Notes under the pieces: model-generated
Told to the model about the DNA's origin: nothing
The model's database searches: none
The model's input: only the letters and a program-made list of their open reading frames with translations
Assembly (NCBI RefSeq): GCF_035285525.1
Contig: NZ_JAYKGW010000182.1
Span: 29,706-61,705, forward strand
DNA: 32,000 nt
Direction of reading: 5' to 3'
Source: Okeania sp.
GTDB taxonomy: Bacteria > Cyanobacteriota > Cyanobacteriia > Cyanobacteriales > Microcoleaceae
Shown: piece after piece, positions 1-8,983 of the stretch
Layout of the letters: each line of letters opens with the position of its first letter
Position numbering within the stretch: the first letter of the stretch is position 1
Program-made: the position numbers and the translations under genes

Positions 1-531
1 AAAACGATAATATTTATTGGTTCTTTTGGCTATCAACCTAATATTAATGCTGCTAATTTTCTGATTGATAAAGTTTACCCACGACTGAGAAATATTTATC
101 CAGACTGTCAATTATTATTAGTAGGAAAAGACGTACCTAAAGAACTTTTAGAAACTGCCAAAAAGTACCCTAATATTATTTGTACTGGTACTGTTCCTGA
201 TGTTAAACCTTATTTAGCTGCATCTAGTATTGTTGTGACACCTTTGTTTGAAGGTGGTGGTACTCGTCTGAAAATTTTAGAAGCTTTTGCTGCTGGTAGA
301 CCAGTTGTTAGTACCACTAAAGGGGTGGAAGGAATAAATGCTCAAGATGGAAAACATTTATTAATTAGAGATGATGTTGAAGGAATAATTTGGGCTATCT
401 GTCAACTTTGGTCAGATTTATCTTTGGGAAAAAAATTAACTGCTGCTGCTTATGAACTGGTAAGCTGGGAATACTCCTGGGAAGCAGTGGCAAAAAAAAT
501 TGAACCAGCAGTTAAGGACATTTTTCGATAA
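1..531 (+). CDS. Glycosyltransferase family 1 (GT4-type, GT-B fold), C-terminal part; the 5' end lies outside the window
   Basis: Frame 1 is open from base 1 (KTIIFIGSFGYQPNINAANFLIDKVYPRLR..LLLVGKD..VTPLFEGGGTRLKILEAFAAGRPVVSTTKGVEGI). This is the typical GT1 C-terminal sugar-nucleotide-binding half. The GTG at 235 in the ORF track is internal. Stop TAA at 529-531. Confidence 0.85.
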   Translation, partial: KTIIFIGSFGYQPNINAANFLIDKVYPRLRNIYPDCQLLLVGKDVPKELLETAKKYPNIICTGTVPDVKPYLAASSIVVTPLFEGGGTRLKILEAFAAGRPVVSTTKGVEGINAQDGKHLLIRDDVEGIIWAICQLWSDLSLGKKLTAAAYELVSWEYSWEAVAKKIEPAVKDIFR

Positions 532-1618
532 CTGAGCGGTAAACTTCAACTGTTTCTTGGCCAATTAAATTCCAATCTAGGCGATCGCAAGCTTTTACAA
601 CCAGTCTACTCAACTCATCCAAATCAATTTTGGTACTTTTCTGCATTGTCTTCAGCAAACCTTCTTGATCTTCTGGATCGTACAATAAATCGTTTGCTTC
701 TCCTACTACTTCTAATAACCCACCTAAACGAGGAGCAATAACTGGTTTTCCAAAAGACATTGCTAAAATCAAACTACCAGAATTTAAAATATTTTTAAAT
801 GGTAAAACTACCACATTTGCTGCACTAAAATATAGATGCAGTTTACTATTATCAACAAACTCTGGGGAAATAATTACTCCCTTTATTTCTGTGGCTAATT
901 TTTGTAATTTTTGGGCATAACTTTCATCCCAAGGTTTACCAACAATTAACAACATATCACCAGTAAAAATATCTTGATTATCTTGCCAAACCTGCAATAA
1001 ATTTTCGATACCTTTATAAGGTTTCAACAATCCTAAATTTAGATATACTTTTCCAGTTTTGGGCAAATTTAACTCTTTTCTAGCTTCTGTTAAATCTATT
1101 GGTTTATGATAAACATCTCGATAATGACCGTGGGGAATAACTATAGCTTTTGCCGGATTAAATTTATATTCTTTGGCAATTGTTTCTACGGTCATTTTAT
1201 TCAAACAAATTATTCGATCGACCAACTTAACAAACAGTCGTCGCGTCCATAATTCTAAACCTGGAAACTTACTATCGTGACTCAAATAGTTATGCACCGT
1301 CCATACAAATTTAAAACCAGTTAAACGAGTGATTAAAACATCAAAAAGAAACTTCAAACAGGAGAAAAAATAAAGATATTTATTCTCCCCTGTAATATAA
1401 AAAGATATCCAGTGAATATGAACTACATCACAATGCTTTTTTCTAGCTACAGCCCCTTTAAATATAGGCAATTTACCTTTGTTATAAAGCCAATGCTCTA
1501 CAGATATTCCCTGAATTACTAATGCCTGAGCTAGTAAAAATTGATAAGGATTTAGAGCTTTTTCCAGATGATCATCACTAGGCACCATTAAAACTCGAAG
1601 TTGACTAGATTTATTCAC
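512..1618 (-). CDS. Glycosyltransferase family 1 (GT4-type)
   Basis: 368-aa ORF. The C-terminal half carries a GT-B signature (VVVLPFKNILNSGSLILAMSFGKPVIAPRLGGLLEVV). It sits among other glycosyltransferase genes. Its 3' end overlaps the convergent gene by 20 bp. Confidence 0.85.
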   Translation of the reverse strand: MNKSSQLRVLMVPSDDHLEKALNPYQFLLAQALVIQGISVEHWLYNKGKLPIFKGAVARKKHCDVVHIHWISFYITGENKYLYFFSCLKFLFDVLITRLTGFKFVWTVHNYLSHDSKFPGLELWTRRLFVKLVDRIICLNKMTVETIAKEYKFNPAKAIVIPHGHYRDVYHKPIDLTEARKELNLPKTGKVYLNLGLLKPYKGIENLLQVWQDNQDIFTGDMLLIVGKPWDESYAQKLQKLATEIKGVIISPEFVDNSKLHLYFSAANVVVLPFKNILNSGSLILAMSFGKPVIAPRLGGLLEVVGEANDLLYDPEDQEGLLKTMQKSTKIDLDELSRLVVKACDRLDWNLIGQETVEVYRSVIEKCP

Positions 1619-1681
1619 AACATTTATATTCCTACTTAATTCCTTTTTTTACTAAAATTAATTTGTTCATTTGTTAAATTT

Positions 1682-2641
1682 TCAATTATTTTTGGTGGAT
1701 ATGCTCTTAATATAACCTAACAATTTTTTATAAAGTATAGGTGGTAAAAAAATAAATCCCAGGCTTTTAACAAAGATTGCAAAAATCAACCTGAAATCCG
1801 ATTTTAAATAAGGATCATTGAGAGCATAAAGCAAAATAAATTTCATCACTATCAAGCCTTTTTTTGGTGTTGGTTGAGAGTCAATTGTTTTGCAAGTAAG
1901 ATATTTATAAATATTTGCCAAGCTCTGTTTTTTTAGGTGTTGAAGAGATGCTGGGGCGCGTTCAAAAGCACTTTCTATTACCTTCAAACATTCTTGCCCT
2001 TGTCTAAGAGCATTAGAAGAAATTGAATTAGTAGAAAATCTGTACAAAATCTGAGGTTTTTCTACTGCCACAAAATGATATTTTTTTCCCAGTCTTAAAT
2101 ACAGTTCCCAATCTTGACCTCCCTTTAACGACTCATCAAAACCACCTATGTCGTTGATAGCTTCTCTTTTAATTAGAGGATTAGAACCATTTTCTAAAAA
2201 ATTCCTCACCAATAGCTCAGAATAAACATCGCCATTAAAAACAACACGCCCACCATGCTTGATCAAATTTCCAGACTTATCAATATAATCAGTCCAACTA
2301 TAAGCAACTGCTGCCTCTGGATGAGATTGCAAAGCATTTAATTGAGATTCTAATTTATCTGGTGTCCAAAGATCGTCAGCGTCAAGAAAAGCAATAAATT
2401 GTCCAACAGAATTATTAAATCCACGGTTACGACTAGCAGGGGCACCAGCATTTTGATAAGAAAAAAGCTTAATTCTGGGGTCTTTTATTTGAGAAACTAC
2501 CTCTACAGTTCTATCTTGAGAATCATCATTAATAATGATTAATTCCCAATCAGAAAAGGTTTGTTTGATAACAGATTCTATGGTCTCTTGAATTGTTTTT
2601 TCTGAGTTGTAAGCTGGAATAATTACAGATATTAAGGACAT
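1682..2641 (-). CDS. Glycosyltransferase family 2 (GT-A fold)
   Basis: N-terminus SVIIPAYNSEKTIQETIESV..ELIIINDDSQD..FLDADD (DxD motif), the classic GT2 Rossmann-like domain. 319 aa. Confidence 0.9.
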   Translation of the reverse strand: MSLISVIIPAYNSEKTIQETIESVIKQTFSDWELIIINDDSQDRTVEVVSQIKDPRIKLFSYQNAGAPASRNRGFNNSVGQFIAFLDADDLWTPDKLESQLNALQSHPEAAVAYSWTDYIDKSGNLIKHGGRVVFNGDVYSELLVRNFLENGSNPLIKREAINDIGGFDESLKGGQDWELYLRLGKKYHFVAVEKPQILYRFSTNSISSNALRQGQECLKVIESAFERAPASLQHLKKQSLANIYKYLTCKTIDSQPTPKKGLIVMKFILLYALNDPYLKSDFRLIFAIFVKSLGFIFLPPILYKKLLGYIKSISTKNN

Positions 2642-2771
2642 CTTTTTTTTCTGAGTAATTATTCAGTCTTTCTCCGGTATCCACTCAGAAAATCGGGATA
2701 ACCAGAGGAAAAGTACGGCTAATGTTGTAGAACATGAAGCATGATACAAAAGACTGTCATCAGAAAAATTA

Positions 2772-3027
2772 ATGGCCACATTACTGCAATCAATTGACCC
2801 AAGAAAAATTGCAGAGGTTGGAGTGCGTCAAACAGTAGAAGTATTACTGAATCTGGTAGAGCAACTCAACTCCAAAGTCAAACAATGAGAGGAAGAAAAC
2901 TAAGAGCTACGGGAGGAAAACAACTATCTTAAAGGTGAACTTGGTAAACCAGACATTAAAATTTAAAGAAGTGTAAAAAGAGACGAAATAAGGACTACCC
3001 ATCTCGAAAGAAAACAGTCTTCACAGA
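2772..3027 (+). mobile_element. Degenerate IS transposase N-terminal remnant (coiled-coil/leucine-zipper region only; family not assignable by eye)
   Basis: My translation gives MATLLQSIDPRKIAEVGVRQTVEVLLNLVEQLNSKVKQ*EEEN*ELREENNYLKGELGKPDIKI*. In-frame stops lie at 2886-2888, 2901-2903 and 2964-2966. After a frame shift it reads KK..KDYPSRKK. The pattern resembles N-termini of cyanobacterial DDE transposases. No DDE domain follows. The remnant abuts the breakpoint of the truncated GT2 gene near 3026. Confidence 0.55.
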
Positions 3028-3226
3028 AATTCAATGGTATATTTTCTGGCAAATTAGCTTGCAAGTTTTCTAGAACTTCCCTAATATTATCGTTACTATT
3101 ATTATCAACTACAATTACTTCCCAAGAAATATTTTCTGTGTTGATTTGCGATCGCAACTTCTCTAAAACCAGGGGCAATTTACTTGCTCCATTATACGTT
3201 GGTATAGCAACAGTAAAGTCTAACAT
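2963..3226 (-). pseudogene. Truncated HpsE-like GT2 glycosyltransferase (only about the first 67 codons are homologous)
   Basis: MLDFTVAIPTYNGASKLPLVLEKLRSQINTENISWEVIVVDNNSNDN.. is about 70% identical by eye to the N-terminus of the adjacent 3240..4244 gene. Similarity stops near residue 67 (about nt 3026). The ORF then reads through IS-remnant DNA to a chance stop. Confidence 0.8.
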
Positions 3227-3239
3227 TATTTTTCACAAT

Positions 3240-4244
3240 TTATTTCACACTTAAGCCTATTTTAGATTCTACTACTGAACTAGAATCTGGAGAAACTTTG
3301 CTCAAATAACCATTTTTCCACAAATAAAAAGGACTGATTAAACTATTAATATATAATTCCAATTCACAAGCTGCTACTATATCTGTTCGTAACTTGAGAT
3401 TATACTTAACTAAATGGCGAAGAATTTTTCGAGTATCGTTTGCTGTATAAGCTAAAAAAGCTAATGGTTTTAACCAAGGTTTAACCCCCAACATTCTGGT
3501 GACATAACGACTCAAACCAATACCTCGGAAAAAAGGAATTAAATAATCTTTTTCTAATCTATGTTTAGGAATTTTGTGAGTTATTTCCATTTCAGGATTA
3601 TACCAAATTTCCCAGCCAGCTTGTTGAATATAACTAATAGTTTCTGTATCTTCAGCGGTTAACATTGAGCCTGGTTTTCTACCATTTAATATACAGTGCT
3701 TAGGAACACTTTCTAACCAAGCTTTCCTCCGAACTACTAATCCTGCGGAAGGAGGTATTACCTTCAATTCTGGTTGATAAAGTAATGGTTCTTCTCCTTT
3801 TTCTGTAATTGCAAAATATGATTTAATTCTGTCAAAATCAGGTGGTAATTCTCCTGCAAAATCTCCATGAATTTGACTAGCATAAGCACCTGCTCTGGGA
3901 TATTTTTGAGCAAATTCATAAGCTGCTACTACCCAATTTTCCGCAGGAATATTATCATCATCTAGAAAGCCAATCAAAGGAGACTTTGCTATTTTAACTG
4001 CTCTATTCCTAGCAAATCCTGCACCTTGTTTTTTTTCAAAATAGTATACTAAAGGAACTTGCTGCAGCCAATTTTCTTGATATTTTCTAACTACTTTTTC
4101 TGTATTATCTTTACTATTGTTGTCTACAACAATGACTTGCCAAGATATTTTTTCTGTATTGATTTGAGAGCGTAGTTGTTCTAGAACTAATGGTAATCTT
4201 TCAGAACCATTGTATGTAGGGATTGCTACAGTAAAATTAATCAT
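3240..4244 (-). CDS. GT2 glycosyltransferase, HpsE-family-like (hormogonium polysaccharide type)
   Basis: FTVAIPTYNGSERLPLVLEQLRSQ..VIVVDNNSKDNT..GFLDDDN..GWEIWYNPEME..ISPFYLW. It is a full-length paralogue of 10176..11147. GT2 assignment is high confidence. The HpsE-family label is from memory of that family's conserved blocks. Confidence 0.8.
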   Translation of the reverse strand: MINFTVAIPTYNGSERLPLVLEQLRSQINTEKISWQVIVVDNNSKDNTEKVVRKYQENWLQQVPLVYYFEKKQGAGFARNRAVKIAKSPLIGFLDDDNIPAENWVVAAYEFAQKYPRAGAYASQIHGDFAGELPPDFDRIKSYFAITEKGEEPLLYQPELKVIPPSAGLVVRRKAWLESVPKHCILNGRKPGSMLTAEDTETISYIQQAGWEIWYNPEMEITHKIPKHRLEKDYLIPFFRGIGLSRYVTRMLGVKPWLKPLAFLAYTANDTRKILRHLVKYNLKLRTDIVAACELELYINSLISPFYLWKNGYLSKVSPDSSSVVESKIGLSVK

Positions 4245-4444
4245 AACAATTTATGTGCTTAATTAAGCCGTTCTACATTTAAAGTATATCCAATATTACC
4301 CTTATATAACAAGAGTATATTTATACATCTGTATTAGTTTCTAATTTAATGTAGTTCTATAACTATAACTATATCCTCTTGCATATCCCTTCAATTGTTA
4401 TATGGTAGCGGATTAAATATTAATTGAAAATCATACACTTATCA

Positions 4445-4490
4445 AGAAAAATAAATAAATAACCCTATCCTAAAGTTAATGAGGATAGGG
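4445..4490 (-). terminator. Intrinsic terminator downstream of rpmB
   Basis: On the minus strand an 8-bp GC-containing stem (CCCTATCC / GGATAGGG, plus-strand 4463-4470 and 4483-4490) has a 12-nt loop. It is followed by TTATTTATTTATTTTT. Confidence 0.7.
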
Positions 4491-4520
4491 CTAAATTAGA
4501 GGGGTAAAAGGAGAAATATA

Positions 4521-4757
4521 TCAAAACTTATTCAAGTCAATACCAGCTTTTTTGGCCATAGCTTGGATGCCTTTGTTTTCTAAAGTTTTAATTGCTTTAG
4601 TGGATAATTTTAGCCTGACCCAACGATTACCTTGAGGCCACCATACTCTTTTCCATTGGAGGTTTGCGTATTGTAATTTGTGGGTCCGAATGTGGGAGTG
4701 GGAAACTGCAAAGCCATTGTTGGCTTTCTTTCCCGTCAATTGACATTTACGACTCAT
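4521..4757 (-). CDS. rpmB: 50S ribosomal protein L28
   Basis: [63 protein letters not shown] is an unmistakable L28 sequence. The true start is the ATG at 4757 (78 aa), not the upstream ATG at 4799 in the ORF track. Confidence 0.95.
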   Translation of the reverse strand: MSRKCQLTGKKANNGFAVSHSHIRTHKLQYANLQWKRVWWPQGNRWVRLKLSTKAIKTLENKGIQAMAKKAGIDLNKF

Positions 4758-4982
4758 TGTATAATCTTGACTATTTGACGACAATTTTCTATTATACAAA
4801 CAAAAAAGGAACTTCCAAGTAAAAAAAACATCTTATTAGTTACGAAAATAGATATGAAACGCTGCGCAACATGGAAAGCGGAGCATTCCCTATACGAAAA
4901 CAAATTTTTGTCGGTCCAACGTCCCTACAAGAGGTTATGTAGTAAGTAATCGGTTAACGATAAAGTAGAAAATTGGGATGAT

Positions 4983-5942
4983 TTATATTTTGCTATTCCC
5001 TAAATGTAAACTGCAAAAATATTCTTGGTAATATGGAATCCCAAAAGGTTGCGCAAAATCCCTAATTAATTTAATTTGCTCAGGTTCGAGTATTTTTTTC
5101 CATTTATCAGGTTCTTGTGAAGATATTCTTTTTGGTATATAATACTTACCACTATCACCAGTTGTCGAAGCATCCAAGATATAGTCTGTTACTCTGTTCC
5201 AATGGAGATTGAGTTGTTTAAATAACTGCCGATATTGCTCCACTGGCTCTTGACATAAATCTTCATGTTTGACTACTATCCAGTTAGGATGATTTTTTCG
5301 CTTTTGTTCTAGTAAGACATAATAACAAGCACCCCATAAAGCTCCTATACTTGTGAAAAAATCTTTTTGGGCTTCCCTCAATAAGGATTCAAATGGCTGT
5401 AAATAGTCTTCTATAAGTTTGGGCTGATTCAAAAGTTTTTTAATAGATTTTTCTGGTTTCCACGAAGCTTGAAACCAGCTAGAAGCTAACCCACATGGGT
5501 GACGTAAAGCAATAACTATAACTGGAGTAATATGACGATCTATCCATTCTAATGCCATTAATGAATGGACATCCTTAATCATTAGTCTGCCAGGCCACCA
5601 AGGAACCTTTTTGTCTATCAAATAATGGACATCCTTAATCATCATTCTATCAGACCAGTAAGGGTTCAAAACTTTCCGACAGTAGGCTGCAAATTCTTTA
5701 TCCTCATCATCAACCTGCAAATACTTGCTACTATATTTTTCTGCCTCTGGGAAAATATATGGATTAAACGGTTCGTGAAAATATTTAATTCCTGCTGCTG
5801 TAGTCAGGGTATAAACTATCCATGTAGTTCCACTTCTTGGCATTCCAGCAATAAAAATTGGAGGTTCACGCACGACGGCACCTAATACAGGAGCTAATAC
5901 ATCCAATGTCAGCTTAATTAGCTTATGCTTTTTGTCTAACAT
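4983..5942 (-). CDS. Sulfotransferase family protein (PAPS-dependent)
   Basis: N-terminal PPIFIAGMPRSGTTW is the 5'-phosphosulfate-binding loop of sulfotransferases. 319 aa. It lies next to polysaccharide genes. Confidence 0.8.
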   Translation of the reverse strand: MLDKKHKLIKLTLDVLAPVLGAVVREPPIFIAGMPRSGTTWIVYTLTTAAGIKYFHEPFNPYIFPEAEKYSSKYLQVDDEDKEFAAYCRKVLNPYWSDRMMIKDVHYLIDKKVPWWPGRLMIKDVHSLMALEWIDRHITPVIVIALRHPCGLASSWFQASWKPEKSIKKLLNQPKLIEDYLQPFESLLREAQKDFFTSIGALWGACYYVLLEQKRKNHPNWIVVKHEDLCQEPVEQYRQLFKQLNLHWNRVTDYILDASTTGDSGKYYIPKRISSQEPDKWKKILEPEQIKLIRDFAQPFGIPYYQEYFCSLHLGNSKI

Positions 5943-5992
5943 TACTACCTTGTTTTAGGTCTAATATTTTAATGAATTCTGATTATAAGTTT

Positions 5993-6027
5993 CTTACTAC
6001 AAAACTTCATAAAAGTTTTGTAGTAAG
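5993..6027. other. Perfect 15-bp-stem hairpin between htpG and the sulfotransferase gene (possible terminator or RNA stability element)
   Basis: CTTACTACAAAACTT-cataa-AAGTTTTGTAGTAAG. A U-run follows only in the plus-strand sense, so terminator function for minus-strand htpG is uncertain. Confidence 0.4.
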
Positions 6028-6081
6028 CTTTTAGTTGCTTTTGATTATACTATTTTCCAGTCCTAAAGAACTGAGTAAAAT

Positions 6082-8091
6082 TTATAGTGCTTTTTCGGTC
6101 AACTTAGTCAAAACCTGATTAGACCTTTCGACAAATTCTTTCATTCCCTCTGCATCAAAACCTTTTTGTGCCATCAAAGCTAAATCGTATACATGATGAC
6201 AGATTTCTTTAGCTAATTCTGCTGATGGAGATTCTCCACTACCCTGAATAATACTACCTTGACTAATACTAGCCAGATTCTGAATTAGTGGATGGGCCGT
6301 ATTAACTAATAAAACGTGGTCTTCGGGAAATTCTGTTTTTTCTTGCTGCAATAAAGCTGTCATATCCCGTAACCTGCGCATTGCTTCTGGCAATAATACC
6401 ATTGCTGGAGGAGTAGTTTTGGTATTTTCTGATTTTAATGCTGTAGCTTTAACATTAACTTTGGGTTTATTTAGGGCTTTTTCAAATAACTCTTTTATTT
6501 GTTCACTGCGAGTTTTATTGGTAGTTGGATCGACTATTTCTGATTGATTTTCTTTATCAATTAAAGTTTCATCTAAATCTGAATCTACCCTGGAAAATTT
6601 AACATCTTGATATTCTCTTTCTAGGAAACTAATAAAGTGAGTATCTATGAAAGAATCAAGGAATAAAACTTCTAATCCTTGGTTTTTATGTAGCTCTACA
6701 TAAGTTGCTTGAGATGCAGGTTCAGTACAATAATAAACCCGATTTTCGTGACGTTCTTTATTACGCTCTAAATATTCTTTGAGAGTAGTGTAAGAAAAAC
6801 CTTGTTCATCAGTATTTTTAACTTCAGAATTTTCTGCTGTTACTTCTTGCCAAACATCTTCTCCTTCAGCTTGTACTTCTACTGCTGCTTTGGCATCAGT
6901 TTCAGTTGTTTTGCTTTCATTTAATTGAGCTGTAGTGCGATAAATTATAATGTCTTCTACTTGCTTTTTAAACTTATCATCATTCAAAGCGCCGAACTTA
7001 ACAAAAGTACCAACATCTTGCCAGCCACTAATATATTTATCTCTCTCATCGCGATAAAGTTCTTTTAGGCGATCGCCTACTTTTTTGGCTATATAATCAG
7101 CGATTCTTCTGACAGTTCGATTACTTAATAAGGAACTCCGAGAAACATTTAGAGGAATATCTGTACTATCAATTACTCCTCGTAAAGGCATCAAAAATTT
7201 AGGAATAATTTCTTCACAATGGTCAGTAACAAATACCTGATTACAGAACAATTTAATATTGCCTTGAGTAACATCTACATCTGGCTTTAATTTAGGAAAA
7301 TATAAAATCCCATTAACAATAAAAGGATAATCAGTATTGAGATGAACCCATAAAAGTGGGTCTTCTTGGAATGGATAGAGATGACGATATAATTCTAAAT
7401 AATCATCTTTTGTCAAATTTTGAGTGGATTCTCGCCAGATTGCTTTATGTTTATTAACCTCTTCACCCTCAAATTTGATGGGTACTGGCATAAAATCACA
7501 GTAAGTTTTAATTAACTGTTTAATGCGACTTGGTTCGAGATATTCTTTTTCTTCATCTTGGAGAGTTAAAGTAATAGTTGTACCTCGTTCTGTACGAGTC
7601 GAATCTGATAATTCAAATTCTGGAGAACCGTCACAACTCCAATGAACAGCTTCCGCTCCTTCTTGATAAGAAAGGGTATCAATATCTACCTTTTTGGCAA
7701 CCATGAAAGATGAATAGAATCCTAAACCAAAATGACCGATAATAGCATCATTATCGCTACCTTTATATTTAGAAATAAACTCTTCAGCACTAGAGAAAGC
7801 AACTTGATTAATGTATTTTTTAATCTCATCAGCAGTCATGCCAATACCATTATCAGTAATGGAAAGAGTTTGATTATCTTTATCTATTTTGATTTCTATT
7901 TCTGGATTAGTAACATCACCACTATATTCTCCAGTTCGAGCCACCATTTTCAATTTAGCAATAGCATCTACACCATTAGAAACTAACTCTCTGAGGAATA
8001 TTTCATGGTCAGTATAAAGAGACTTTTTGATAATAGGGAAAATATTTTCAGTATGGATACTGATTTTACCTTTTTCTAGAGTTGTACTCAT
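6082..8091 (-). CDS. htpG: Molecular chaperone HtpG (Hsp90)
   Basis: 669 aa. ISIHTENIFPIIKKSLYTDHEIFLRELVSNGVDAIAKLK..ITDNGIGMT..IGHFGLGFYSSFMVA are canonical Hsp90 N-terminal ATPase motifs. Confidence 0.97.
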   Translation of the reverse strand: MSTTLEKGKISIHTENIFPIIKKSLYTDHEIFLRELVSNGVDAIAKLKMVARTGEYSGDVTNPEIEIKIDKDNQTLSITDNGIGMTADEIKKYINQVAFSSAEEFISKYKGSDNDAIIGHFGLGFYSSFMVAKKVDIDTLSYQEGAEAVHWSCDGSPEFELSDSTRTERGTTITLTLQDEEKEYLEPSRIKQLIKTYCDFMPVPIKFEGEEVNKHKAIWRESTQNLTKDDYLELYRHLYPFQEDPLLWVHLNTDYPFIVNGILYFPKLKPDVDVTQGNIKLFCNQVFVTDHCEEIIPKFLMPLRGVIDSTDIPLNVSRSSLLSNRTVRRIADYIAKKVGDRLKELYRDERDKYISGWQDVGTFVKFGALNDDKFKKQVEDIIIYRTTAQLNESKTTETDAKAAVEVQAEGEDVWQEVTAENSEVKNTDEQGFSYTTLKEYLERNKERHENRVYYCTEPASQATYVELHKNQGLEVLFLDSFIDTHFISFLEREYQDVKFSRVDSDLDETLIDKENQSEIVDPTTNKTRSEQIKELFEKALNKPKVNVKATALKSENTKTTPPAMVLLPEAMRRLRDMTALLQQEKTEFPEDHVLLVNTAHPLIQNLASISQGSIIQGSGESPSAELAKEICHHVYDLALMAQKGFDAEGMKEFVERSNQVLTKLTEKAL

Positions 8092-8140
8092 AATTTTTAT
8101 CTATTTTATCTAGGTGAATTTTGTAAGCATTTAGCAGTCA

Positions 8141-8168
8141 GCTATCAGCTATCAGCTATTAGTTATTA
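8141..8168. repeat. Heptamer STRR-like array (GCTATCA x2, then GCTATTA, GTTATTA)
   Basis: Read directly from the sequence. Confidence 0.8.
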
Positions 8169-8248
8169 ACTTACATTATCACACTAAAAGGCAATTATCC
8201 TTCAAGGAGTGAAATATGAATGAAATTAGTCATCTTTAGTTAAGTTTA

Positions 8249-8301
8249 AAAGCTGATAGCTGTTTGCGAAGCATTCCGCAGGAAAGGAAATGCTAATAAC
8301 T
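8249..8301. repeat. Copy of a dispersed ~50-bp hairpin repeat (AGCTGATAGCTGTTTGCGAAGCATTCCGCAGGAAAGGAAATGCTAATAACT)
   Basis: Related copies lie at 4856-4890, 9970-10032, 15868-15916 and, partially, 18521-18545. Each has a GCATT..AATGC-type stem next to AGCTGATAGCT. Confidence 0.7.
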
Positions 8302-8565
8302 CAATGATTACCTCAATACTATGTAATAATTGTGATTTATTGAAGATTTTTTTCAAACAGGGATTGTACCAAACATTTGATTCGGATTTCACTACCTAAG
8401 GAAAATAATTAACAATTTATTGTTTTGAATAATTGGTTGGGTTAAGCAACAGCAGAACCCAATAACAAACTTATATCTGTTAAGTTTCATTTCTTAAGCA
8501 AACCAACAAAATTTCAATATTTTTTTATTTAAGAGTAAATTAGTATAACAATGGGGTGTAAAACT

Positions 8566-8983
8566 ATGGCTGCCAAAGATGTTTTTCATAATGCTGTCGA
8601 AAATGCCTTAATTAAAGAAAATTGGATTATTACTGATGATCATCTTTTTTTAGAATTTGGTGGAGTCGATATGTATGTCGATCTGGGTGCTGAAAAACTT
8701 GTTGGTGCAGAAAAAGATGGGAAAAAAATTGCTGTATAAATTAAAAGTTTCATTCAAAAATCAATAACTTATGAATTTCATACAGCATTAGGTCAGTATT
8801 TAAATTACCGTTTTATTCTTAACCAAAAAGACTCGGAACGAATTTTATATTTAGCTGTTCCTGAAGACACTTATAAAAGTTTTTTTTAGGTTACTATTTA
8901 CTCAGGGAGTTATTGCAGAACAACGTCTTAAAATAATTATTTATAATATAGAGCAGGAGGTAATTATAGAATGGAAAAATTAG
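8566..8983 (+). pseudogene. xisH: xisH-family gene inactivated by a nonsense codon and a +1 frameshift
   Basis: MAAKDVFHNAVENALIKENWIITDDHLFLEFGGVDMYVDLGAEKLVGAEKDGKKIAV*IKSFIQKSITYEFHTALGQYLNYRFILNQKDSERILYLAVPEDTYKSFF matches XisH-family proteins. A TAA at 8737-8739 sits where family members have Glu. The frame then shifts in the T8 run at 8880-8887 and continues LLFTQGVIAEQRLKIIIYNIEQEVIIEWKN*. The end overlaps the xisI start by 13 nt. Confidence 0.85.

Noticed and set aside
427-499. Phase variation via the A7/A8 homopolymers in the GT1 gene and the T/A9 tract at 2641-2651 upstream of the GT2 gene
   Set aside because: Runs of this length are expected by chance in such AT-rich DNA. There is no supporting evidence in the window.
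235-531. GTG at 235 as the start of a 98-aa protein
   Set aside because: The frame is open back to base 1, and the upstream translation is clearly the same GT1 domain. The gene is therefore partial at the window edge.
4758-4799. Upstream ATG giving a 92-aa L28
   Set aside because: L28 proteins begin [11 protein letters not shown]. The 14 extra residues have no counterpart, so I used the ATG at 4757.
5625-5885. 86-aa plus-strand ORF
   Set aside because: It lies entirely antisense within the well-supported sulfotransferase gene. The peptide is low-complexity with no motif. The same reasoning applies to 7732..7986 (inside htpG), 11815..12054 (inside the nitroreductase gene), 16781..16963 and 17942..18148 (inside serA), 21801..22154 (antisense to Uma2) and 26856..27056 (inside the P-loop gene).
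8551-8739. 62-aa ORF as a stand-alone small gene
   Set aside because: It is the N-terminal part of xisH up to a premature TAA. The downstream sequence continues the XisH homology.
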